The notes beneath the pieces are model-generated. The model did no database searches, had not been told where the DNA came from, and was given only the letters and a program-made list of their open reading frames with translations. The position numbers were made by a program, and so were the translations under genes. 64,000 bases of DNA from Takakia lepidozioides. Lineage: Eukaryota; Plantae; Bryophyta. The stretch covers positions 26,908,001 through 26,972,000 of the forward strand of contig CM060733.1 of assembly GCA_030704615.1 (NCBI GenBank), read 5' to 3'. Of this stretch, positions 12,627 through 26,590 are shown piece after piece; position 1 is the stretch's first letter, and each line of letters begins with the position of its first letter.

Positions 12627-15600
12627 CTAGCTAGGTGTGGAGAAGCCTGAAGAAGATGCCTCTGATGATCTGCCTGAGTAACTACCTGCCTCCTCTGCTA
12701 CTTTTGTCCAAACATTTGCAATCTTCTCGGAGTACCCCACCTGCATGTCCCCACCCACACAAGTTGAAATAGTTTCTTAGAGCTTTGAGATAAGCCACAG
12801 GGCAAGCTTCATTTCCAAAGACACCCAAAGAGGAAACTTGCAGTATGGCCATTTCGAACCTGGAGTTTCTTCAGTTTCTCTCTCCCCCACCCCACACAAC
12901 GAAACCCCAAGAACAATCATACACAGTAAAGACAGACTGTTCTCAACTTTGTGCTTAAAATTTGAACCAATTACAGAATTTTCCGTAAACACTTGATTTA
13001 CGCGAGTCTTCATAACATCTATCACCATACTTGCGGAGGTAAGCTCTCTTAGTACCTAGCCCTGGCATACACTCATGTAGCATGATCTCCATACCAATCC
13101 GGACATAGAAAGCTCGATTGACTCTAATGGAGCTGCAAGTGCTACAGCAATTTCAGAGTTTCCATACCTCGTGAGTTTTCGAACTCTGGGTGAATTCAAG
13201 TCAATTCAAGGGAACTCCTGGGATTCATGACCTTAGAGAATTCTTTCCAAGAATTTTATTGCATTCTCCCAGAGCCAGTCAACAGGGGCAAAATTGGTGG
13301 GGAGAAAGATTTGGCATTCGTACTGCCGTGGCCAACCTAGGAGCCGAATCCTGCTGGAGTGGTAGTAGAGAAGCTAAACTCTCGCTGAGGAGAGTCTGCT
13401 TCTTTTGATTTCAGAAAGTCTGTTCTCTTGACTAAGAACAAACCATGTCTGCAGTATGAATGATTATCAAACGAATGTCTCACTGAAGGTTCATACCTAA
13501 GGCTGAGTGGTGGCGATCTAAACACCCACACACAAAGAGTCAGTGCTGGTATAGTAGGGTTTACCTGCGTATGAACAAAGCCCCGCAACATGTTTAAGAA
13601 GTCCCTTTGCCTCTCCCTCTCAAAGCGTTCTAGCTCTGCTCGATTACGCTCCTGCAGACATCAACAATTGGTTCGCAAATACATTTAATTCTCAACCACA
13701 TATAACCTTTGCCTTCCCGGGCATTCAGCTGTCCCATACATGGCTAGGTGGCAGTGGGCCTGTCCAGCATTGTCAAAAGGCTTCTGAATACACACCAAAT
13801 CTACATCACAGCCCACCTCCTGCAATGAATGTAGCTTCAAAACGTTTGCTTGGGATCCTGTCGAGTTTCCACTGCTTCATGACTTCACTATTCCGCACCA
13901 TCATAGAGCCAAGCACACAGCTCACAAACAGAGTAGACTTCTGGGGGACCAGAACTTGCATTTCAATAAAGTTTCCACGTGTATACTTGTAGGCTGACAA
14001 CCACAACTAATTTGATACACAAAATAATGAAGGAGTGGCTAAACCTGGTAGAGTCAGGAAAACACACAAGCGGTAAAGGCAGTACACTTACCTTGATGCA
14101 ATCGTACTCTTTTTGTGCACAATCACGCGCTTCCTCAGTAACCTTCCCCGTCTCCTTCAGCTCCTCAATTTTGCGGTTGCGGGACTTGTCACCCCCAAAG
14201 ATTTTGTTGGAATCAGCTGCGAGCTTCTCCACGCGGGCATTGCTGGCAGCCACATCAGACAGTAGTGTTTGTACTGTCAACAGGGCATTTGAGCGATCAG
14301 TAAATGCAGCATGCAATGCCTGCATTAGGCCTAGGTACTCGTGCAACTCATCCTGCAACAGCACCAACACAAAAGATGATGAATACAGGTACCTCTCTTT
14401 CCCTAACTCTTGCTCTCACATGATATCAAAATAGTTTTCTCCAAAATACTTACCCTTCCAAATAGTGACATAAAGACCTGTGTTGGAACTACTAGCAGCT
14501 GGCAGGGAATCTTGTTAATTCTAACCAGAAACTGTGAGTGTATTGCATCACCGTACCAATATGGCACAGGTAAGAGGCGTAGGTACGTCTCATGTACACA
14601 TTAGTTACTTGTGCAAGGCATTAAAAGAGTGAATTCTAGACATAGAAGGTGTTAATTCTAGGTCACAGACCACCCCACTCCAATTGGACAGGTCTCCCCT
14701 TTCCAGGAATTTGACACTTAAATGTCCCCCAGGCCCATTTTGGACATAATCAGACCTCCTGAATTGCCCATTGCAAATTAGGGGATGCCCTTTTTGTGGG
14801 CCATTGGAACTGACATGTGGACCACGTGGCACACATCTAACTGGATCCAATGCTTCTTGTGAGAAGCCTGGAAAACCGGGATCAATGCTTTATACCAAGG
14901 TAAGTCTTACTACCAACGTCAGCCCTTGACAGAGGTAGGTTCTGTCCCTTTGTGTTCCCCTCAAACTGGGCACGGGGTCAATGGCCACAAGGCTAAGGCA
15001 AACAACGTCTTATGAGCCCATTCTCTCTCCATGGTCCCTTCATTGTCCTGGATACTCTCACCAGAGAGACATCCTCTTCAAATCCATCAAGGAAATTGTG
15101 CCCTGGAAACGTTCCCAGCAGTCGCTTCAAACAGTGCAGGTAACTATGGAAACGGTGATGAAGCTATAGTCAGGTCTACAGGGAGGAGGTGTTACCAAGT
15201 GCTTAACAGACTGTGCATTGGCCTCTCGGTAAAAGCGGCTGGCTTTGACAGCAGCAGTGGCTACACGCTTCGAGTCTGCTGCATGAATGCGCTGTGGAGG
15301 CAACCACGTAGTTTCCGTCTCGAACTTGGCCAGCTTGATGAAAGCCAGTCCAAGTTCTCCCATCACTTCTCCCACCTCTTGTTGAGCCTTCACAAGTACC
15401 TCGGCCTGCACACATTGCCGTTACTTCAATTGGCATCACTTATCCTCATCGACATCAGTGCCTGCATGACAGAATCTTTGTGGTCAACCACTGAAGACCT
15501 GTATTCCAAGGCCTGTAAATCCATAAAACAAAGAAGGAATAGCGCACATGGATATCAGGAACACCATAAACTGCTAAGTAGTTTGGAGGTCATTACTTGA

Positions 15601-18100
15601 ACCCCCCACCCCTTTGCTCTGATCTTCTCATCCCTCCTCCCTTCTTCCCCAACTGTTGCTTACGACTTGGGCCAAAGAATATGCAGGAGCAGGCACACAC
15701 AGAAGCTACCCAGACGTGTGGCATTGCTTGCATTTGTATTGAATGGAATCTGAGACTCCTGCAGCGACCTTAAGATCATAGTTTGATAACAGCAGTTGCA
15801 TCACTACAATTTCCAAGGGAAACCCTATCAATTCCATGGAAATCAGAATCACGGTGAAGTTCTGCTAAGTGAACAGTAATGAATCCTACACAAATAGTGT
15901 TCACTAGAACCACCCCCAGTAATTTTAGTGGCAGCTAAGTAACACCAACAGCTCCCGAATTTGCAAATACAAGGATTGAACCCCTCATTGCCTCTTTAAT
16001 GACCGTCCTATTTTACCAGATATTGGGTCTCACTTAGCCTGCTGACAAGCCTTTCAGCATTTTTATTATCCATATGTAATCACAACTTCAGTGACTGATG
16101 CATTGGCCCTGTATAAAACCGTCGTCCCCTTGCTACTAAATTGGCAAGTAGCAGCAATTTCTCATACACTGCTGTCCAATTATACAAAGCAGCCCCTACT
16201 GTGTTCAGCTGGACCAATGCATTCAAAATCGATGATTAGTGATAATATCCAATTCACAATACATGACCGCATCTTTTACTATGTACACAAGAATATGTTA
16301 AGGTCAACCCCATACTGATAAAGAAGTTACACTCTTTGTTAGGCCTAGGGCCACGTCAAACATGACAGTTGAAACGGCAGTTCCAGGGCCCAGTCTCAAG
16401 ATCCCAGTGGGTATATTCAGGTACTATGATAGGTCAAGACCTCAAAAGTGCTTGGGAACCATAGTAGTCCGTTGTGCATGTGCATACTTTGCACACACAC
16501 TAAAAGGATACCGAAATGGATTCCGGCCGGGACAAAATCCGGCGCTCATGGGGCCAGCTCAGGAATCCTGGAAGGATGCAACCACTTTAACTACCACTGC
16601 TGCCGGTGGGAAAGGATATTAGGAATCACTTGACTTAGCAGCTACTAGATGTCAGACTCCTAGGGATATTAATTGGAAAAAGAGTAAAGGGGGTCAATGC
16701 TGCCAGGTGGTAGCTGCAACAGGTGCCCCCAAGCAGGGAGGAAAGCAAAGATCAAAGTGCAATTTCAACAAATGGAAAACCTAGTTCAAAACCTGAATCA
16801 GATGGGCAGAGCCAAAGCTGGGCATGACACACTGAGAAAAGTAGTGACTTGGTAGTGATGAGCTACATGTGTGCTACCACAGGATCCCCTTACCTGCTGT
16901 GACGCTTCACTAAGATGGCACTCCAGATCTTGCAACTTCTCCTTCTTCTCAAGAAAATTCTTGTCCTCTTCAATGATAGCAGGTCTGGCGCCACCCCAAT
17001 CATTTCTCACTGATTGTTTCAACTCCTTGAACAATCGTACCAAATCTCTCCTTTTGCTGGCTGTACTGCTTCTTGGGGTGAGAGCATAGCACTGCCATCT
17101 CCGAAAAGCTGGCGGGGCAGCTTCACAGCACCATCCAGCATGCGGGATGCCATATCAGTGGTGGGAGTGAGGGGCAGTTTCCCCTGAACAAGAATTAATT
17201 TTGAATTGGGTTAGGTAGAATTCATGATAAATTTACATGAAGCCAACAGGGTGAGGTGCACAGGTGATGTCAATGACCTAAATTCCATGTCATGTAAAAC
17301 TAGCTGGATGGCATCAGTTTGCTTTTCTAAGGAATTTGTACCTGGGTCTGTAAGAAGAGCCGCAGCTGCTCGCTCCGACGAAGAACAGGATGCGCAACCA
17401 GCCTCCCCAAATACTTCTCCAGCGCTGCCCTTCGCTGTTCAATAAATTCCTGCTTCTGCATCCCTTGGCTCTCCCCAATGCTCTTGTCAGGTCGAGGGGG
17501 AATGAAATAACCCCGGTACGCTTCTGCTAGCCTGTCTGCCAGAGTAACAAAATCTCGAAACCTTCGTCTCACACTGAAATCTGAGCCCCTATACTCAGGC
17601 ATGTTGGTATGTGTGTTGATTAGATATGTGACATGTGAGCTTCCCCCCGGTACCAGCGAGGTCGTCCCGACGTCTGGCACCTTCTGTGGCTGAGAGACAG
17701 TTACCGCGAAGGTTTCTGAAAAGGAGGGGGAATGCGAGAATGGGGACGACCCATTGTTAACAATATCTCGGGCACTTCCGTTCCCGGATGCTTCACCCAT
17801 GTAGGGCGTGAAGATGGCATCAGCGTACGAGGGTGGCTCCACTAACAATTCCTCCCGAAAACTGTTTCTAGCAGCATCTTGAAAGCCCTTTCGGTACGAA
17901 TCTTTGAAACTGTTTGAAGATGGCTCCTGCTTTGATGATGAGAGCGGATGGGATTCGGGACTTCCCCCTGACATCGCACTGCGATAATCACTGTTGGACA
18001 GAAAGGGATGTGGAGCGTGATCCAGAACCAAGCTCTCCATAGCATCTGTCGATGTATACAGATGCGCCTGCTGCGCCTCATCCTCTTCAGAACCCATCAT
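12627..18100 (-). CDS. SNX2: Sorting nexin 2 (PX-BAR), 6 exons, with an apparent frameshift in exon 2
   Basis: Exons 18100-17342, 17183-16894, 15405-15196, 14352-14092, 13651-13565 and 12740-12627. PX domain VRRRFRDFVTLADRLAEAYRGYFIPPRPDKS; BAR segments LFKELKQSVRNDWGG, ASRFYREANAQSVKHL and LHAAFTDRSNALLTVQTL. The frame breaks at about 17050. Confidence 0.9.
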
Positions 18101-19382
18101 TGCAACCGAGATCGGGATACCTAGGCAGGCCAGATGTAAATTTGCGGGCACAAGAGATCTCCCCGCGTGCCCTTCAGCCAAAGCAAGTCAGATTAAGAAT
18201 ACAAGAAGACCCACCGTGACAGTCTTTCAGGAATGGCATGCGTGCCCCCAGATGAACATAAACCTACACATTCTTCTTCTAATCTTCTGGATCTCTCTAC
18301 CTGCGCTTGTCTCTCCCAAATTTTATTTTTCATGGTAGACATAAATCTGTGCTGCTTGTCTATCTACTCTTTCAGATCTCCTACAACACAAGCTTGCATC
18401 TTTTTGTCTCTGTACAAGCTCTCACGGCTGGGTGGAGACAAGACGAGCACAGAGTTTGTCTCTCCCCCGATGCATCCCTGGGAGCTGCGAGCACGTTACC
18501 CAGTTGCTGTTTAGGGTCCTGCCCATGGGACACCATTAGTGGGATTTTAAAAATCTTAACTTAGAACGGAGGTTTGCTTAGAAAAGTAGAGTTTGTCTTT
18601 GCTGTTTCTTAAGGTTTATAAACTGATCTTTTCAAAGCTGAAGTGGGAAGCTTCTGCAACCTTGTGAGGACTTGAAGATGCAAAATGTGAATGATCCGGG
18701 ACACATGCATGAAACTGCCAACCAAAAAACAATAACTAGGTTAGAATTGTGTAGATTTGTTGGCTCCTCCCTCAAGAGGAGACCACGCATCAATGTTGGA
18801 AAAATGGATGATCCTGATGTACCTTCACACTGGAAACACCCAAACATAACAGATATATCCACTAGTTAACATTACTATTCCTATTAATGATAAATTTGTT
18901 TTTCCTTTGGTTTTTATGAAATATATTTTTAATCAATAACAGCCACCGGTAAATGGCTGGAGACCTGTGAAAGCCGGTCGCTTCTTCTTCCTTGCTCTCT
19001 TGTTCGCAAAAGACTTGCCTGCCCGGGGAATGTGGGCGTGGAGGAATTGGTGCGATTCATCCTCACATGGAGGAGATTGCACGATCCATGCAGGTTCTAC
19101 AAACATGTTTGTCATGTAGGTTGAGTGGATATGCACACTTTCACCCCAAAGCCGGAGTAGGTTTTAGTACAGGAACCGCCTCAGTTTCCATATGACATTG
19201 CTTGGCATGGGATCCAGATGGGAAGTTGTACAGCCAAACTACTCATTGTGCAGTGGGACCTATCTGTCATGTACGGAAGTCTGCAGCTTGATTGAAGGTG
19301 AACAGAGAAGTAATACATGTTTGTTTGAAGGTGATAAAGTGGTCTTTGCTCTGTTGGAATAATTGTTTATTGGCCCATGCAG

Positions 19383-19590
19383 TCGAAAGCGTTTTAGTGA
19401 GCGGGAGGCTGAGCAATGGTGGGCAAAAAATTGAGTGAGGGTACACGAGCAATACAATGTCCGTGGTGGGATTGACAGGGTAAATAATCCAACTAGGCCT
19501 TCGTCGGCAGCAGGGTTACCAGCAGCATCGAGGCCTGTGGAGGAAGGAGGACCATTCTCTCTCTCTTCCCACATGCCTGGTACCTCCTGA
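19383..19590 (+). pseudogene. Orphan terminal exon of a PRAF/RLD-type BRX-domain gene
   Basis: After the acceptor tgcag, it reads (S)RKRFSEREAEQWWAKN*VRVHEQYNVRG, the C-terminal half of a BRX domain, with an internal TGA at 19432-19434. No upstream exons were recognised. Confidence 0.75.
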
Positions 19591-20799
19591 CCCCCACACT
19601 TTGTTTGTTCAGCCCTTTGTAGTCTTAGTTTCTGTAAAAAAATATGTAAAAAGGGTTGAGGCGGTTCATGTTAGTTCTCCCTGGATTTTTAAACAACATA
19701 TTGGATCTATTCGAGATGTGGGTTGGATAGATGTCAAGTGTAGTACCCCTTGTCTGCGGTGGATTCTGCTTTGTCTGGTGGCTTCTTGTCAACATTGGCT
19801 GCTACTAGTTTCACCACCATATGAAAGACAAAGATGCATCCTCTCAGAAGGAGAGGTTACTCTTTGACAACTTCCTCGGGGACATTCACTTGCAGCAGCT
19901 TTTTGCCCATAGGCCTAAGATATGAAACCCTTGAAGATTCATTATGGGGTTTCCATCAGTAGAACAGAGAAAAAAAGAAAGATAGCAGTGGCCAGATGTA
20001 CAAAGATGTTCAAACCCAAAAGCGCATCAAGTATCTTCACTGTTGGCGTTACATTCGCATCTGTTTGCATATATGGTTGTGTGTGATGGAGGGAGACACG
20101 CACAGATCTGTCTTGCTGTCAGTTGCTTTTGCCTCTTTTCCTTCACCTGAGTAGCCTCTTAGTGCAACTTGTGTGTTCCTTTGCTCAGTGGCCTTGCTAG
20201 GGTTGGTATCTCTTTGCTTGTTGTGTTCGGGATTTTTGGTTTGTAATGTTTCAGGAAGTCCCTGGAAATGTTCGCATGCAGCTCGAGCGTCATCTGGAAA
20301 AGGCATGTCTGCATCGATGGTATGTCTTTGCCATTGTTTACAGAGAGTGCTTAAGCCGGGGCTGAATTTCAATAACCAACTAGTTGGAGGGTGGGAGAGT
20401 ATCATGCTCGTAGGCCTTCCCTTTCCTTTCAGTTTCTGGGCTACTCATTATCAACTACTGACATTTTCTTCTGATCTCATTTGGGGTATGTCTATATATA
20501 TATATCAAGTTGGTTCCTTATGATATCTGTTGGTACGTTACAAAAATCACCAGTCTTTGCATCGGAAACAATAGTTGTCTGGCATTTAAGGTTTGAATGC
20601 CTGACTTGTAGAGTATCAATATGGTGGTGCTTAAAATATGTAGTCAAGTTAAATGGACCTTATGTGGACTTTGTCTCATTTATCATCAAATTCCAGTTCA
20701 TGAAAGCTCACCCTCAAGGCAATACCTTTGATCTAATGATGCTTGGCCACACCTTCGACCAAATAAAGCGTTTCAGCAGACTCAAATGCCTACAATATT

Positions 20800-21030
20800 T
20801 CAGTGCATCAAAATTTTAGTATTTCAATATCTCAATCAAGATTTTCAGCAAGTAATATCAGTCAGATTTCAGTAATTCAGCTAGATTTTAAGCGAGATTT
20901 TCAGCGAGATTTTCAGATGCAAGTATTTTATTATTTCAGATAGTTCTTCAACAATTATTTCAGTATTTCAGTTAATATTTCAACAAGCATCTCAATATTT
21001 TAACAATTAGTAAACTTGAAGATCAGTTTT
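20800..21030. repeat. AT-rich low-complexity array of ATTTCA(G/A) motifs
   Basis: Many short copies of atttcag/atttcaa/gattttcag, including agcgagatttt twice. Confidence 0.6.
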
Positions 21031-24000
21031 GTAATATCATACATCAATAAAGTTCTGCCCGTGACAGAGCCTCTGTCCCCGCCTTTATAAATAAATAAAT
21101 AAATACTTTTTCTTCTTATGCAGAACATGTTAAAAATATAGTTTGAATATGTGCTTACCTTATTTCAATATAACATTTTCAGGAATTTTTCTACTTAAAC
21201 TTTTAGGGTGGAGCCATTACGCGACTAGCCGGTGGTTAGGGCACTAGAGGGTTCAAAGCCATATTGGTGATCCCCCATTTAAAGGGGTCATGGGTCAATT
21301 GGCCACCTACTGTGTCGGTATTTGGGTACTTTTAAGGCTTTGTGGGGGAGGTTTGGGCGACCGCATGCCCAATTAGGGCCGCCAAAAAGTGAACATCTTC
21401 CATAAAGAAGGTAGGTAAATATACGAGGATGAATTGACATTATAAGTAGGCCCTTGTTTGCTTCGGCGAAGTCAACCTACCCATAACAAAAAAGATATGT
21501 GCACTGGAATCAAAAGTTGTCGCGAGAGGAGAATGTGTGTCAACACAGGAATATATCATCCACATTAATTTGTAGCGTCAACATTAAGGTAGAATCATTG
21601 GCTTGGTAGTTAACTTAGCTCACATTTGTTGCTCCTTTGTTTTTGGCCCACAACTGCAACTAGGAGCTCTTGAACATCAATACCCAAGTTCAAGACAGAA
21701 CCGAAAAAACTTTTGGAGGACTTAGCAAAGAAGTAAATACAGAAGTAGCAAGCTTTGAATCAGTTGTATCACAAACTGCAGTTGCCAATAGATACATAAC
21801 AGAAAAAAACAAACATTCTGAATGGTAACCAGATGTACAAACTACCTCCAAGAGAAACCACAACAGTAGCATATGAGATGGGTCCCCAGTTAACCAGGGT
21901 CACAAATGATGACACATATCAAACACAAAAGGAACCTGGCAAGTTACATAACCCCATATCTATGAGAAAATGCTACTTGGATGAAGACTACCTGGATAGA
22001 AGTGAGAATGGCAGCCACATCATAAATTGGACTCCACTGATTTTGCAGAATGTCTAGGCAGATGCTAGTTATGCTGTAAGGAAGTCTAGAAGGGGCGTGG
22101 ATAGGGTCGAGTGGGAACGTGAGAGAGAGAGTTTGTTGGGTGTGGTTGGTGTGGTATCATGTGGCTAGTGTACGAGCTAATATAACGATCGACGAGTTTT
22201 ATCCCCACTTGTGGTTTTATTATGTCACGCTATCCGTATTCAAGGCTGAATTTTTTTCTCAAAATTACATCTCCGATGCACTATTCTATATTCCATTATA
22301 ATGCGATATGCCTCTACACCAATTTTATATGAGATCGGAGTGAATACATACCGCAAGAGAATGGGAATTTGGCTGGGAATTCTTTTTGCCTAGAACTCAA
22401 GGGGGGAATAGGAAATGGGTTACGGTTTTTCTTTAAGTCCTAACCTAAAGCAACTGTCTTGTATCGTTAGAAAAAAAAAATGTCGCCCCATGTGATCCTA
22501 ACAAAGTCTTCTTATATGGAAGACAAGAGATTTCACCCCATCCTCGCTTGCATAGAAATAGCAACAACCTCAAGGGGACGGTAGTTGCACATAATGCAAC
22601 ATCCATTGTACTATGTAGTTTATACAATTTATTGAAAATTTCTAGGGTATGAAGTTCAGAATCTTTATGCGCCTTCGTTAATCTCGACTCTTGATTATTG
22701 ACTAGAACAGACCAATGCAATCTCATGTCAAAGGAAAAGAAAAAATTATCCAATCGTGATCATCAAGTTTTTGTCGTTAGTTAAGTTGGTGGTGCCACAA
22801 GCTAATTGCATATTGCAAGAGCACTTTCAAGTCCCAGTTGTAGAGCTCTAGAAGGGTTGACAGTTTCCCCAACATGAGTCTGATTCTCTTAGGTCCAATA
22901 TCGTCATTATTGGTGGCTTGGAATTGTCAGCAACATGTAGTTGGTTTTCTTACAAGCATGCTAGGCTGAGCTTTAATATATCTGGCTTAGCTCCTACAAC
23001 ATTGGGTTATCAATGACCTAATATTCTACAAGCAGGCTCAGCATGTCATTCCTGTTATAATTGGGATTTTGTGCCAAAAAACGTTACTATAGGTTTCGTG
23101 GAGCACGGTAGTTACGTTTAGGTTTCTATAAAACCAAGTACCTGTGTGGCGTTTTGTCTTGGTTATATGTGTGTGGATCATTGCTGGTGAAGCTTTGACG
23201 ATGCAATTTGTGGCCTCATCAGCATTCAGTGGAAGCCATTCTTATTCTCATGGATGGAGAGAATCTGCCCAACTGAACACACATAATTATTCCTGAGCAC
23301 GCCAGTATTAGCAGTTAGCAACCTGCTGTCGTCTTTTTCATGGAGGCGAAGTAGAAGTGGTTGGTATTATGAAATTTCACTTGTAGAGACACGGTATAGT
23401 GCGATGACAGATTCAGAGATTAATCAGCATTGGCTCAATGTGCTGCTCTGCCAAATCTAAATCCATTAATCATTAGGCTGCAGGGCAGCATGCTTCCTAT
23501 CTTTTCTTATTGCACAACTGAAAGTTGCCCTTGTTTCTACACGTCTGCTGTGGTTGCCTGCTCCTTGCATGATGGCATTTCTGTCATGCCATGTGTGTTT
23601 CAAGGGGCAGAGTGCATGGAGAGAGAGAGGGAGAATGGGCTCAAGTCAGTAAGCTAAAGTCAGTAAGCTAGATTTCATCTCGTATGTACTTTGGCTAGTT
23701 CAATCTTTTTGTGTTGAATAAGAGTATTTGCAGCCTCTCCAAATGACTTGGTATGCTCCAGATTTGGTATGTGCATTCTTTACTTCAAATGTGTTTGAGA
23801 ATTTTACAGGTTCTGGCCCCATCCTCCATAAACTGAAGAACTTGAAGATTTGTGTGGGAGTGTGGATGGGGTGATTGGTAGTGTCGCCTTCATGCATTTT
23901 TCGATTTATTCTTTGGTTCCTACGGTTCTGCTGCGGTACTGTACTGTGTGTCCCATGGGCCCTTTGTTGTGAACTGGAAAGTGTGATTTTTGAATGCTTG

Positions 24001-25119
24001 TCAAGTAGAAAGGGTTGTACTCTTCATGGAGCCTGGGTTATATATGCAGTGGCTGGCAATTGTTACCTTGGTGCCTGACAGCAATAGAGCCAGACAGTAA
24101 TATAGACACATGGCTTGCTACTTGATTACATGCCACTTTCCTCGGACTTATGCTACCTGTCAGTGTGGACAAGACTTCATCTCGGATCTGGACACTGCAT
24201 AACCAACGTCACCATAGTTTGTAGGATAAATGAAAGAGTGGGAGTATGATCGATAGGATGAAAAGGGTCTGCTTCCCTTCTTTGTGTTGATACCATGCAG
24301 AGTGGAGACATGTAGTGATTGAGATATGAAGTCAATGGGGATGAAGTCAGTTGGGAGTCACAACAGCTGGTCAATATCCCACATGATATAATCAGATTGT
24401 CTCTCTAAGTTACGAGACAACATCCTTTCTGGTTTCCTTCCTCATTTCTTTTTCAAATCTTGTGTGACTTACCTTTCATGTTTTATCTTGCTGCATTCGT
24501 TTCCATCTTTGACAGCTCTACATTATCCTGAATGTGGATACCTCATTTTATCTATGGTTACCTCTCACATGTGGGTTCAGAGTATACTGGGCTCTGACGG
24601 TGATATATGGGTTTTGCTGCTATTCCGTGAGCCTAGATATGTAAGCTTGAGAGCTGTGAGCTTGTATTCGTGAGCATAGGCTCACGAATGGGAAAACCCT
24701 ATATTCCCGCGGATTACATATTGAATACCGGAAGACCTATAACCGTGTAGCCATACGACAGAAGAACCCCCTATTCTCGCGGACGTTTTTTGAGTGACAT
24801 AAGAGGTCTAACTACAACCGTGCACCTTTAGATGATTGCAGACAATTCCTACAAGGGCAGGATGTTGCTCAATGGAGGAGGCCATGACCATTTCAATGAA
24901 AGAGTTGGAACATTCTTCATGCGATAAGGTCGCAATATGCAAGATGGAAATGATACTGCCCCGAAAGGATGTTTTGTTTGTGGAACAGGCGCATAGGATT
25001 TAGGATGAACATGTTAAAGAAAATTGGGGTTTGACCATTTAGTGTATGCACAATCGCATACAGTTCAAAATGCCTTCGTTTAGGGTATGCGCAGACACAT
25101 ACAATTTTAAGGAAGCTAT

Positions 25120-25615
25120 AGTATCAGACATCAGTGTCTTCATTTCAGGAATAAGCAGACACATACAAGTTTTCATGACAAAATGAATCTCAGACAACAG
25201 TTTCCTCAGTGTGTTCATTCTGGATATAAGCAGGCGCAATGTACAAGTTTTCATGCAGGCGAAACGTATATCAAACAACAGTTTTTTTTTAATTATTTTA
25301 AATAATAACAAAACAGGGACAATGACCCTCATATCGTATGCGCATACCAGAAAGTAGTGATTTTTTTTTATGTTTTTTATTTTTATTTTTACAAAACAGG
25401 GGGGTGGCCCTCATATTTGGTATGTGGTGCATACCAGACAACGATTTTTTTTTTTTTTTTTTTTTTTTTCCCTTACAAAACAGGGGACAATGGCCCTCAC
25501 ATTTGGTATGCGCCAGCGCAGACCATACAACAATGTTTTTGTTCTTAAAATTATTTTAAAGGGTATTTTAAAACAGGGGACAGTGATCCCCATTCGTATG
25601 CACCGGTGCATACCC
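25120..25615. repeat. Degenerate tandem repeats with palindromic cores, probably subterminal repeats of a non-autonomous transposon
   Basis: Four 80-95 bp units start at about 25308, 25391, 25475 and 25569 (AAAACAGGG..CCC..GTATG..CATAC) and are separated by T-rich tracts. They are preceded by a duplication of about 75 bp (tcagtgt.ttcatt..ataagcag..tacaagttttcatg..acaacagttt). Confidence 0.7.
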
Positions 25616-26590
25616 ATTTATTCCTTAATTTCTTTTGGGCCAAATCTGAAATCCGAATTTTATTTTATAAATATAGTAAAATTTCATAATTTCTTTTCAT
25701 AAACAATGAGTGTATGACATAATAATAAAAATAGGATTTATTTTGGAGATATATATATTGATATCAGTTTTGAATCTGAATATATATTTATTTATACCTT
25801 CATATCAGTTTAAATATCCTAGATAAATTTTTATTGAAATGAGATAAAATGATATTTTAAAACTAAATAAAGTAAATATTTAGTCTTTCTGGTCCACTGT
25901 CTGATCCTGCAAAATATGGGTATGAGTTTCTATTTGTATTTTAATCATCAAAGTTAGGATGATGATATGGGAAACATGAATTATCCTCGGATATAGGGTC
26001 GCTATACAGTAATCCGCGGAAAATACGTCCCATTTCTTAATGTTTTGACGACCCATCCATGCTCATAATATATAATTTACATTACGGGCTCACGATTTCC
26101 AGCTCACCGCTCACCGCTCACGGTTTAGCGTCCCTGATTTTGGCAAGCTTTAGCCAAAGAAGGAGCTTGGGAAGAGATGGAGGGTCCAACAGGGGGCGCA
26201 GAAAAGGCCGGATAAAGGGAGTGCAAGAGGAAATGGAGGGTTGATTCGTTGGTGGCAAAGTGGACAGAGCATGCACCAGTATTGGATTGAACTATGTTTC
26301 AGGTCCAGCTGTCCATTACCTCTGTTTCTCTCTCTTGAATTTGAAGTGTACAGGTGGATTAGTCTTCATTATAACTTTCTTAGCATATATATATATATAT
26401 GATAAGAACCTCTTCCTCCGTGTGGGTACTGCCTCTTTCGGGGATGGGCTCTATGGTCACAAGAACCAATCACCAAGCGGCAAACTGGCCATTTTCAATC
26501 TTTCTTCTGTTGAGGATAATGGATGTTCGTGAAGTGATGGCCGTGAAATGTAATGTTCGTAACATGGGGGTGGTATATTTCTAAGGTAGT

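Noticed and set aside
13979-15600. Plus-strand ORFs of 151 and 189 aa
   Set aside because: Antisense shadows of SNX2 exons.
21690-22057. Coding-like A-rich tract
   Set aside because: Interrupted frames with no motif; cannot be assigned.
25338-25702. Phe- or Lys-rich ORFs
   Set aside because: Artefacts of poly-T tracts in the tandem repeat.
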